From: Rozella allomycis CSF55
Lineage: Eukaryota
Assembly (NCBI GenBank): GCA_000442015.1
Contig: KE561117.1
Coordinates: 62,001-126,000 of the forward strand
DNA length: 64,000 nucleotides
Direction of reading: 5' to 3'
The notes under the pieces are model-generated. The model ran no database searches, was not told where the DNA came from, and saw only the letters and a program-made list of their open reading frames with translations. The translations under genes and the position numbers were made by a program. Numbering within the stretch: position 1 is the first letter of the stretch; every line of letters starts with the position of its first letter. Below, piece after piece: positions 14,881 through 26,406 of this stretch.

Positions 14881-15972
14881 ATGCAAAGATTTTCAAAAAC
14901 AAGCAAACTTTCTCTTTTAAACTCTCTCGCAACTGCTCTCCTCATCACAATCCTCGAATCAATCATCGCCGCATACTACTACACCTCCCTCGCAAACACG
15001 ACAGCAGCTGACAGGAACATTTTCGTCTACCTCATAATGTTCACACTCTCACAGGTCTTTCAATTCATATTCTACTTGAACGCTATTGTACATCAAAACA
15101 TGATCCAGATTATTGCGCATTTCGTATTCTTTAGCTGCTGTTTGGCTTATTCTATTTTTCAGTATTCGCAATTAAAAGGTATTAATATTTTAATTGAGAA
15201 AGAAAGGTATTCAATTATCAGAAGATAAAAAAGGTATTCTGTCCGCCCAATATGACTATGCATTTGCAGCAGTCAGACCATTCCTTTCAGCCATCATCAT
15301 AGTATTCGGCTCAGCATGGATCCTCTTTGCCTGCGCTCTGCATCCCTTTTACCAAGAATTCGGCTGGCAAGTCTACAAACGGCTCGGCGCAGACCCTCAA
15401 ATCAAAAGTAGCATTTCAATTTATTCAACCATAGATATGTACAGAAACTACCAGATATTCGTAATGATCCTCAAACTAGACGTCTTTTTCTCTGTCATTT
15501 TCGTTACATTGTTTCTCGTCATCCTGCCAATAGACGACGCCGAATTTCCTCTCAGTATCGTGGCGGGTAATGACATTTTGTCGCTATTGCAGGTATCATC
15601 ATGTCGTTGTTCTTGCTGCTGGCGTTGAACGGGCTGAAGAATGAAAAGAAGCTGTATTTGAGGCTGTTTATCGGGGAATGCGTTATTTTGCTGGCGTACA
15701 TGATATTCAAGATTGTTAGGGTTAATTCGCCCGATCAGGCGGATAGGTATGTTGGCTCGATCAAGTTTCTAACTTTTTTCGGTAAGTGGGTAGTGAATGG
15801 TCGAGTAGCGTCTGTATCCATTTTTTGCACGTTGCTCACACTCATTAATGCTATTGTTTGCTTGAATAATTTTGGTAAAGGACTAAAGGAGAAAAGTAAG
15901 GATGAATTGTTGTTTTAGAGAGTTACGGATTTTCATAGCAAGGGACCGGAATATAGAATGGAACTAAATTGA
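14881..15972 (+). CDS. UPF0658-like multi-pass membrane protein
   Basis: YQEFGWQVYKRLGADP..YRNYQIFVMILKLDVFF..NNFGKGLK; several hydrophobic helices; five short introns; last acceptor ambiguous. Confidence 0.7.
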
Positions 15973-16072
15973 AAGTAGAATGCTTTATTAATATTTTAGA
16001 TTTTAGATGCAGCACTTTAGGAATAAAAAATTATTTAAATATTAATAACTAAAATGGTGTAAAGCGATTTTA

Positions 16073-17567
16073 TTACAAGAAGGTTGAACTGCCGGCTATT
16101 TCTGATAAATTAACAAATGCTGCCGCGCCAACTCCATGAGATCGTAGCTGTTCCAAAACTACTCTAGTCTGTTTATACAAAATTTCGCAAACAGTAGTGG
16201 CGGGCTTATTTTGAAAAACTATGAAATAAATTGGTAATAATTACCAAGAATAGCACTATTTACGAGATTAGCCACTTCTTCCCTTGCATCACTGGTTAAC
16301 ATATAAGCCGCGGGCGATTTGAATGGATCTGGATAGGCTAGTAAGGAAAATAAGTCCTTTACTAAATATATAATCTTGTTACTATTAAAAACGTTTGATT
16401 TTCTTCTTCTTGAAAGAATCGATCGTAAATTGATTTGCCTAAAGATAATATACCCTGGTGCGAGACATTGGAATCGTCGATTTCCATTGAAGAGGTTTTC
16501 TGAGCTAAAATCTCAAGAAATTTTTGGCATTCTAATCTAAAAATTACATTTTTTTGCTTTAGTATTTCCGGGAACTTTTTAGAAATCTTTTTAATGGCGT
16601 CTTCGACATTTCCTTGGTGGATCAATTCACGTATCTCCTGTCTTTCTTCAATACTGCTTAAATCACCAAGCAAGTTTTCAAAACTGTTATTATCGATTTT
16701 TCCGTTAAAAGCTAATGAAGCAAATGCTTTAGCTGTGTTTTTATAACCATGATGAATCAAGTAGGAGAGAATCAACCCATTCAATTGGTTATAGTCACCC
16801 AGGCTAGTCTCTTGAATTTTTTCAAATAAAGAAATTTTCTCAGTCTATACATATTCTAATTACATGTTACTTTAACGTAATGGTCAATATCAAAACAAAA
16901 CGGTTTCTGTCCGAAATTTGATTCTATGATTTCTCCAGGGGTTCGTAATCCGATTGAAGGATAAAACAATCCTTTAACATTGTTGAACGCGATCCCTATT
17001 TACATGTCATTAATTTATTACCTAAATAAACGCCATTCTTTGTGAAAAAACATGTGTTGTTTATGAAATTGATTCCACATCCTACAACATCACCGGTGGT
17101 AAAATTTGGTCCATATGCCTTCCCAGTTCCTGATGAATAAAATATATTGCCGTCATCTCCGTGATATCCATAAGAATTGGGTTCCCATCCAGGAAGTCTA
17201 CCCAAAGAAACATTAGATGCGCAAAATCCTATTCCAATGTATCCATCTCTCCCTCGACTAACTATTTGGATTTCAAAGTAGTAAATTCCATATTGAGGAT
17301 TTATAGGATTATTCGCCCTTACACTAGCTGCCTCTCCATCACTTTTACCAGGTCCTATATTTTTCATATTTCTTTTTTACCCGTATAATGTGCTCGCATA
17401 CTATGTCGAGACAACTCAATATACGAATATTTGTCTTTGGTGTTCCAGTGTGAAGGAAGAGGATATTTTGAGAAATCTATATCCATTTCTGATAAATATG
17501 AGGGTGGAGGTAGACCATTAATTGAAGAAGTACTGTTTGAACGGGGTGAAGTCAATTGAGTTTCCAT
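16073..17567 (-). CDS. RanBP9/10-like SPRY-LisH-CTLH-CRA protein (CTLH/GID E3 scaffold)
   Basis: SPRY ([33 protein letters not shown]), LisH ([18 protein letters not shown]), CTLH; five introns, all 26 nt. Confidence 0.9.
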
Positions 17568-17603
17568 TTATGATTTTTACGGAATTGTTCCCAAATAAAT
17601 TTC

Positions 17604-18414
17604 ATGGGAATTAATCGACAAGGCTTCAAATATCTTCCTAAAGTATACAAATCACCGTCTCTAATTGTGCCTTGTTTTCAAGTGAAAGGTACGTAATAAC
17701 ATTTTTATATAATAAAAGATATAAGGTACACAATGTCAGAAGTGGTATTAATCAGGTCTTTAGCCTTTGAAAAGATGAAGGATGCGGGAATTAAGGCAAT
17801 ATGCTTTGACAAAGACAACGTTTTGACCGCGCCTTATGTTAGCGAGCTATATCCTTCATTAAAAGTAGCATTTCGCATAAATAAATGATAGAATGCATGG
17901 GAAGAGTGCCAACAAGTCTTTAAAGATAAAATCGCAATTTTGTCCAATTCAGCAGGTAGCATGGATGATATTGGTTACAAGGCTGCTTCAGCGGCCGAAA
18001 GATCCTTAAGTAACCACTAATTATATTAATATATTAAAGAGGTCCCCGTGATTCGACATCGACTAAAAGTATCAAACTGAATATTTTGTATTATAGAAAC
18101 CCGACAATGGAATTCTCATTATTAGGCATTTTCAAGTGCCTCCACAAAAAATTGTTGTAGTAGGTGATCGTTTATTTACAGATATATTAATGGGAAATAT
18201 GGATGAAATGTTAACAATTCACACTCAACCATTAACAGCAAAGGGCGAAGAATTATCAATTCGATATGTAACTCTTAATTTGATGGATGGAAAATAGATG
18301 AGAAAATTTGAAAATACATTGCTGCAATACATTACAACCAAATATCCGCCTTCGCAAGCACCTCCGCATCCTTTCTATAGGCCTTCCTTTATCAGAACAC
18401 CCATGAATGTGTAA
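17604..18414 (+). CDS. GEP4: Mitochondrial phosphatidylglycerophosphatase (HAD IIIA)
   Basis: CFDKDNVLT, ILSNSAGS, VIRHRLKKP, VVGDRLFTDILMGN; 7-nt microexon 17719-17725; absent from the ORF track. Confidence 0.9.
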
Positions 18415-18517
18415 TAAATGTATCACCATTAATAATGAAACCTGATTTAAATAAAAAATTAATTAAATCTATATTATAGCCTAATGCCTTCATAAAAATG
18501 TTAATATAAACACAGCC

Positions 18518-21500
18518 ATGGGAACCTTGTCCATATTAGGCTCAAACAGATTAAAAGGCATTAAAGCGTCATACATATTTAACAATCGATATTTTTCTAC
18601 GTTTACGATAGGAATCAGAAAAGAAGCAAAGAATAGATGGGAAAGTCGTGCACCATTGATTCCTGCTCATGTTTCTCAATTAATCAAAGAAACCAAAGCA
18701 AAGGTTATAGTTCAACCTTGTACAAAGCGTGTATTTCCAAACGAGTCGTATATCAAGGTAAGGTGAAATAATGAATATGTCTTCAGGCAGGCGCAACAGT
18801 TAATGGCGATTTGTCAAAAGCTGATGTTATTTTGGGAGTGAAAGAAGTGCCAATACAATTGCTTCTCGAGGATAAAACTTATATGTTCTTCTCGCACACA
18901 CATAAGGGTCAATCCTACAACATGCCGATGCTGGATCAAATAATGCAGAAGGTGGATTATGTCTTTATTTTATATAGAAAATCACTCTAATTGATTATGA
19001 GCTTATGAAGGACTCTCAAAACAAAAGAACCGTCATGTTTGGAGTATTCGCTGGCTATGCAGGTAAATGCATTTACGTATCTTTTCGAGGCATGATAAAT
19101 GCATTGCATGGTTTAGGAGATCGATTATTAACAATGGGATATAGCACCCCTCTTTTGGTATGAATATTATCTGTAAAACAAAGAATATGGGCCTAGCTCA
19201 TCAATTTCCTACGTTGGAGCATGCTAAAAAGACGATTTCTGAAATCGGGGATCAAATAAAGAAAAATGCCATTCCAAAAGCACTTGGTCCATTAATTTTT
19301 GTATTCACGGGATCCGGAAATGTTTCCACGGGAGCGAAACAAATATTTGAATTATTGCCTCATCAATGGATTAAACCCCGAGAGTTAAAGCAATTAGTGG
19401 AATCCAAAGGTATATATTTGTTTTATATTTTTAAAGCTTACAATCAGAATATCATTTATGGTTGCTGCGTAAAGGCCGAAGACTATTTGGAACATGTGCA
19501 TGGAAATGAATTCAATAGAACCGAATACTTGGAAAATCCACAATTATACAAATCAATTTTTCATAAAAAGGTAAGTATCATAATATATATTGAAAGATCG
19601 CACCATACTCGTCTGTTATAATCAATGGTATTTACTGGGAAGCAAAATACCCGCGGTTGTTAACCATTCAGCAGTATAAAGACTTGAAAGATTGTCGTTT
19701 AATTTCGTTAGCCGATATTTCATGTGATATAAAGGTACAAAACAAAGTATGAATACAAAGGGGCCATTTGAATTTATGGACAGAGCATCGACGATAGATG
19801 AACCATTTTTTTATTATGATAGAGATTCTAGTACATACAGTACAAAGTCAAGTTCATCTGGTCTTCAAATAATGTCCATTGACAATCTCCCTACACAGTT
19901 ACCAAAAGAAGCTTCTTTGTACTTTGGAAATGCACTTTATCCATTAATAAAGGATCTAGTAAACGTTAAGCTAAATTGTCAATAAGGCTATAGGAAACAG
20001 AAGAAATCCTGTATTGATGGGAGCTACTATAACTAGAAACGGTCAGCTAGTGGATTCGCATAAACATCTTCAAAACAGAATGAATAAAGTTTTAAAATCG
20101 TAAGAAGAGAAACTTTTTTTATAAAGGGAAACAAAAAAGAAGATATTAGTGCTTGGGTCAGGATACGTCTCGGGCCCATTAATTGACTACCTTCACCGCA
20201 ACGAGAAGTATGAAATTATTTTATCAAGCAACTCTCAAGAGGAAGCCAATAAAATCGCAAATAACAGACCCAGAATAGTAGTGAAGAATTTGAATGTAGA
20301 AGATCGTCATGATCTTCTTAATCAAGTATCTCAAGCTGATGTTGTGGTAGACCAAAATAATTTTTTCAACGTAAAAGGTTAGCTTAATCCCCGCTTCTCT
20401 TCACATTCATGTTGCAGAGGCCTGCCTCGAGGCAAGAAAACACCTTGTCACCGCGAGTTACGTCTCACAACCAATAGCGGACCTTCATGAAAAGTCTGAT
20501 ATTATTTAATTGTATATTTATAGGGCTGTAAATGCTGATATTGTCATATTTAAAGAAGTTGGCCTTGATCCAGGAATAGATCATTTAACAGCAATGAAAA
20601 ATATTCATGACATTCAAGATCAGGGCGGTGAAATAAAATCGTTTATTTCTTGGTGTGGCGGGCTTCCTGCACCTGAGTGTTCCGACAATCCACTGGGATA
20701 CAAGTTTAGTTGGTCGCCAAAGTCTGTCCTTTTGGCATCTATGAATTCTGCAAAGTACAAACTAAATGGAAAAGTAAAATTTTTATATTATGTCATTTAT
20801 TAGGTTTATGAAGTTCCCGGAACCGACTTGTTAAGAAGTTCTAAAAACATCAAGATATACCCCGGTTTCAATTTTGAAGGGTATCCTAATAGAGACTCAC
20901 TGAAATATGAAAAGATTTATGGAATAGAAACTGCAGACACAGTGTTCAGAGGAACCTTGCGCTATCATGGATTCAGCAATATAATGTCGGGTCTTATCGA
21001 CTTAGGCTTGCTTCAAAGTATTCCTGTTCAAGGGGGGTCAGAGTGGAAAAATGTTCTAATGATGTTGCTGAAATGCAATAAGGCCAATTTGGCTAATCTT
21101 GGAGAATTTATTTCCAAATTGTCTCCGCACAAAAACACTGAAGCCCAACGCGCAATTGTTGACGCAATAAATTGGTAATTATATTTATGTCGATTAAAAG
21201 GCTTGAATTAAATTCTGAGTATGTTATAAAGGAAGATACCACGGTCATTGATGCGTTATGTGATATAATGAAAACAAAGATGTCGTACAAAACAGGCGAA
21301 AGAGATATGGTATGTTTGCATCATATTTTCGAATTTAAATTGAAAAATGCTTTAGTAAAAAGAACTAGCACTCTGGTATCCTATGGTACTCCCAATGGTT
21401 ATAGTGCTATGGCCAAGACTGTCGGTACCCCCGCCGCCATAGCAGTGGATATGATCCTAAAGAATAAGGTTAGTAGACGGGGAGTTATCATACCAACAAC

Positions 21501-21573
21501 ACCTGATCTTTATCAACCAATATTGGATGAACTAAAGAATGAAGGAATATCAATTGTTGAAAAAGATATATGA
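18518..21573 (+). CDS. AASS: Bifunctional lysine-ketoglutarate reductase/saccharopine dehydrogenase (alpha-aminoadipic semialdehyde synthase)
   Basis: IGIRKEAKNRWESRAPL, FFSHTHKGQ, FTGSGNVS, SIDNLPTQLP, then VLGSGYVS, EVGLDPGIDH, SWCGGLPAPE, AMAKTVGTP; one continuous spliced frame over about 13 introns. Confidence 0.9.
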
Positions 21574-21613
21574 TTCTAAATAAAGCGCTTGCACTACTAT
21601 ATTTTTAATTTAT

Positions 21614-22687
21614 TCACCATATTTCAAAAGTTGAGTCCATTTGTTGAAGAGGGAAGACAAGTTCCGAAATTGAGCTAGAATTTCTTTTTAAATCAAAGCT
21701 GTTAACTTTCTTAACAAGTTCGGAGGAGCACGGAGAATCTACAACAATGTCAATGTTTTTTAAAATAGATGATAACAATGATTGCTTGCAACATGCATTA
21801 TCACAATCAGGCATACATCCATCAAAAGATAGAGGCTGGCTTTTTTCAGTGTCTAAATTAAGGATTTCATTATTTGAATCAAAATCGCAGCAACTATATT
21901 CACTATCTGAATTCGACGAGACAGATGATACCATGAACTTTACGTCTGACGAATCCAAAGTATTTTGCTTATTCCTATCGCGATATTTCTCTTTCTTTAT
22001 GAAATATTGATGAACGTTAAAACTACCAGATTTCTTTGAAGTTGCTTTGCGTGACTGGGAACTGGTTGAAGAATTTTGATCTTGTTTATTATGGCTGTAA
22101 GACTTTTTAATCTTGACAGGAATAAATCCTTTGGTGATGGGATTTTCATTTAAAGAAGAACATCGCTCATTCATTTCCTTTTCATAGTCTTCTTGGATGA
22201 ACTGCAAGGGTGCTGTATGCGCCAAATGATGTAAATCAACATACGCGTTTCTTGATTTTTTCGCTAGGGCGCTTTCTGAAGTAGATACTCCTAATATTAT
22301 GGCATCTAATTCTTGGTTTCGTTTAGCCTCCGCTGCCCTTTGAATTTCTGTGAGTAAATGAGAGAAGGAATGAATAATTCGTTCCAGAGAATCTCTTCTA
22401 TTCGGAATTTTTCTTTTAATAACTTTTCTGTCATCGTTCACTTGCTTAGGTGACATAATGGTGTCTTGAATGTTTAGCATTGATTTGCTTGTGCTTGGAG
22501 TCAAGCTTTTCCCCTTTATTGTTGAACTATACCACAATCTCCATGATAAATTCTCCAATCTATGGCCGTATTCAATAGAATCCTTTGCTTTAGTAATTAT
22601 GGTCCACATGGCCTTGATCTCATCAGATGTTGAGTTGCTTAATTTGTTCAAGTCTATAAACACGGGTTGCAAACGTAAACATGCCAT
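21614..22687 (-). CDS. DUF1752-domain protein
   Basis: N-terminal MWTIITKAKDSIEYGHRLENLSWRLW motif; intronless, Ser-rich C-terminus. Confidence 0.8.
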   Translation of the reverse strand: MACLRLQPVFIDLNKLSNSTSDEIKAMWTIITKAKDSIEYGHRLENLSWRLWYSSTIKGKSLTPSTSKSMLNIQDTIMSPKQVNDDRKVIKRKIPNRRDSLERIIHSFSHLLTEIQRAAEAKRNQELDAIILGVSTSESALAKKSRNAYVDLHHLAHTAPLQFIQEDYEKEMNERCSSLNENPITKGFIPVKIKKSYSHNKQDQNSSTSSQSRKATSKKSGSFNVHQYFIKKEKYRDRNKQNTLDSSDVKFMVSSVSSNSDSEYSCCDFDSNNEILNLDTEKSQPLSFDGCMPDCDNACCKQSLLSSILKNIDIVVDSPCSSELVKKVNSFDLKRNSSSISELVFPLQQMDSTFEIW

Positions 22688-22886
22688 TTAAAGTGTAAAT
22701 ATCACCGGGAGGTTACTAGTAGCTGGATATATTTAGGAAATCGATAATCGATATGTATAATAAATACGATTGGACAAAGGACATAATGTCAAAAGTAATT
22801 ATAACTCAAACACCGTCACCGTAGTTTATATGATAAACAAATTTAAAATCACGTGCATTCTAATTGGGCAATTTTATTGTACAGAT

Positions 22887-25022
22887 TTATTTTTGTTGTT
22901 CATTTTCTTGTTCTTTATTCCCAGCATCACCTACCATTGGTGCCTCTTGACTATTTTTTGAAATAAATTGTTTCAAGCTTTCTGGCATAAAGAAAGGTTT
23001 GGATGATCCATCATTTCGTTCACAATCTTCGCAAAAGGACAAAAATATAGTGTCGATTGCCATTTCGAATACAGAAGTGAACAAACTTGCAATGTAAAAA
23101 GATAAAATGAAGATTATCTACTATTTTACAATCAAAGTAATTACTATCAACGGAGCCACATAAAATTCGGCTATATCAGAGTAGGTTTGTAGTAAAAACA
23201 TGCCTACAATAGTGGAAAGGCCTGAAATCAAGAGAATACCAAGAAACAGTATAAAGTCACCAATTTTGTCGATTATTGCAACACTAATGAATTTTCATTA
23301 TGTCATTTACCGAAAAGCATTTCTTAGCAAAAGTTCAAAAGCAACCCTTGCGGCTTTACAGAATGAATATCCATAAACAGCGATTTCAATGTACGCGTTT
23401 TTGTTTAGAAATCTAATAAATCGTTCTAGGCAGAAAAATAGACATTGTAAACAGCGAAGAACATATTTAGCAAACTTATTTTGCGAATTTTTGACTTTCT
23501 TCTCTAATTGATAAAGAATGAATTGAATTGTTTGAATTATCGCCAATATTAAAGAACCCAATGCTAAAGAACCAAGATGATATCTTAAAGTCCTTTTCAA
23601 AGCCCCAAAAACTGCAAAAGAAGGAATTGCCTTGACTTGAATTTCTAAATATAGATTTTACCTTTTTATCCCTTGTCCAGTACCATGTAGCCACAGCCCC
23701 GGCAATGGAGCATTGGCCGATTGCGGATATTAGATTTAAATTCCAAAACATTCCAAAAACATAGTATATAATAAGATAGTTCAAAACCGTGTCAGACTGA
23801 AATGATGACCCAGTGTACTCATTTTGCAAACTGTTTACTTTTTGGGCAATAAGCTCTCCATCAGTTGACAGATAAACAATAATCAAAATACAAAATGCTC
23901 CAACTATTAAAATTAAGGCATTTGTGAACAATGGGAAAAAGACCATTGATGGCATTGCCCTCACAGCTCTGTCATCTAATCGAAGAGTATCTTACTTGCT
24001 TGCTTCTTTGATGAGTTGAATAGCTAATTTAATGCGCTTTCTTGAAAAACAAATAGCGCACCAAATCAAAAGCGTTGCAACGGCTGAAATTATGGAAACA
24101 CCAAGTAAAACATTTTGATTGTCCAAATTTAAAGTCTCCATAAATCCAGATGGATCGAAACCACGTAATACTAAGCTCTGTCCTGACTTCAGACGCCACC
24201 AAAGGAAAAATAGATATGCCGTAGAACCGCCGGTGACGATTAAAAGTAACAGAACAGTAAGCCATACAACTGGTGCACAAAACAATTGGATTAAAAATAA
24301 CCATAAAAATGAAATAACAATCGCTACTCCACAACATCTATATCTTTGTGACAATATATAATTACACCAAAATCCATTTCCAAGAGTCATATATCGATTC
24401 AAATATTTTAGTTGCCAGGTTTCGTGAATTTATTTCTTTCCCAAACGCAGCAGATAATACAGAGTCCACCGTCGAAGGGCCATTAGAACCAGGAGTCTGT
24501 ATTTCAATCGGAATGCACCGATTCATAACTTTCATAACATAATATTCATAATTATACCCGATTTTGCTTTGACTCCTACAGAACAAATCCCATTAGCAAT
24601 AGCGTTTGTTAATGCAATAGAGTTGGATGGTGTTGCAGTACCATATTTGCAAATAATATCGGATGTCGACGTAGGACATTCCGATATGCATCTTTTATAA
24701 GTTTTCGAGATGTTTAAAGTTCCGGTAGGAATAAAATAAAACAATTTTGTATTTCCTCGCTGATCTTTGTAAGGAGAATCCCCATTGTTTAAAGATCCGC
24801 ATAAATTTCCTTCGCTATCAATTCCATATTTTAATCTATTAGTTTCTTTGGGCTTTCGTACCTGTTTATGTCACCTTTTTTAAAGGCGAAAACTGCGATT
24901 GCTGCCATACCAATCCAAACAAGGATAAACAACAGTAAAAAAAATAAATCCCGGCAGGAACGATTTTTTAGTGGTCCTGGCTGATCCAGATACTCTGGTT
25001 TTTGTTTATCACTTTTCGACAT
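22887..25022 (-). CDS. Choline transporter-like protein (CTL/SLC44)
   Basis: NRSCRDLFFLLLF, YGIDSEGNLCG, YHLGSLALGS, FLNKNAYIEIAVYGYSFCKAA, AIDTIFLSFCED; multiple introns. Confidence 0.9.
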
Positions 25023-25334
25023 CGTCAAAGAAACCAGTGGCTTGTCCAGAGATCTAAGTTAAGTTAGCAATTTTCATTGTTAATAAATGATAATTTCACT
25101 GCTTTAATTTGAAGTCTTTTATGAAGCTAGTCTAATAACCATTTTGGATTTCTGTTGTATCTCCTAAGTTTTGGAAAAACATAATGTATAAATCAATTAC
25201 TAAAGATTAAAGACCATTAAAAAACCATGTTTATATTATTATTAATTATATATGATATATATCATATCTGTTGGGTGTGGTCAAATTGTGATTACATCGC
25301 AATCGCCACCGACACCCTAGTATAAAGCCACTAA

Positions 25335-26278
25335 ATGAGTTCCAATAACTACACGGCAGTTGAAAATGCAATACGTTCGATTCTCAAAAACAACAGCTAT
25401 GATGATGGCTCCATTGCGCCAGTACTCGTCAGGTAATGAAGTAAAAGTTGAGAGATAATAGACTCGCCTGGCATGCATCAGGTACATATGATCCCAGGTC
25501 GCCTTGCCCTGGAGGGAGCAATGGGGCAACAATGCGCTACGCCCCTGAATCAACAGATGGGGCGAATGCCGGATTAGAACATGCGAGGTAGACCTTCCCT
25601 TTCTTAAAAATAGGGCATTTCTTGAACCAATTAAAAAGCAATTTCCTTGGATTAGTTATGCTGATCTGTGGACTCTGGCTGGAGTCGTTGCAATTGAGGC
25701 AATGGGTGGTCCTAAAGTCCGTTGGACTCCAGGTATGTCTTTCAATACAATAAGATCATCAGGACGTCAAGATTATGATCCTTCGACTTCCAGAATAAAA
25801 TTTGCAAAGATTATTCCACCAAACGGCCGTCTTCCTGATGCAGCCCAAGGACAAAAGCACATACGCGATGTCTTTTACAGGATGGGATTTGATGATAGAG
25901 AAATCGTTGCATTATTGGGTGCGCATACGATTGGAAGATGCCATGCGAATAGATCCGGGTTCGAAGGGCGTAGTGTTCTTTAATTTTATTAACATAGCTT
26001 GGACCTATACTCCAACAAGATTTAGCAATCAATATTATGTTCTCTTATTAAAAACTAGCTGGGATAAAAAGTTCCTTGCAAATGGAAATATGCAATATAA
26101 AGACCCTGAAGATGAATTGATGATGTTACCTGCTGATATTGCTTTAATTCTTGACCCCAAATTTCGCACTTTTGTTGAATTGTATGCTAAAGATAAGGAT
26201 ACATTTTATCGAGACTTCTCAAGTGCATTTTCCAAGCTTCTTGAACTTGGGGTGAAACGGAATCAAAATAAACTATAA
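25335..26278 (+). CDS. Class I heme peroxidase (cytochrome c peroxidase-like, no mitochondrial presequence)
   Basis: [53 protein letters not shown]; ends in -NKL (PTS1-like); four introns. Confidence 0.9.
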
Positions 26279-26406
26279 TTGTGTATCTAAAGTCTAAAGC
26301 AACAGTGCAGTGGTGCACCATATTATTTGTTTGAGATTTAAAGGTTACTCTATATTTCGAACCCAAGTGATGATTTCGACCATCTCTTGGCAACGAGTTG
26401 TTTTCC

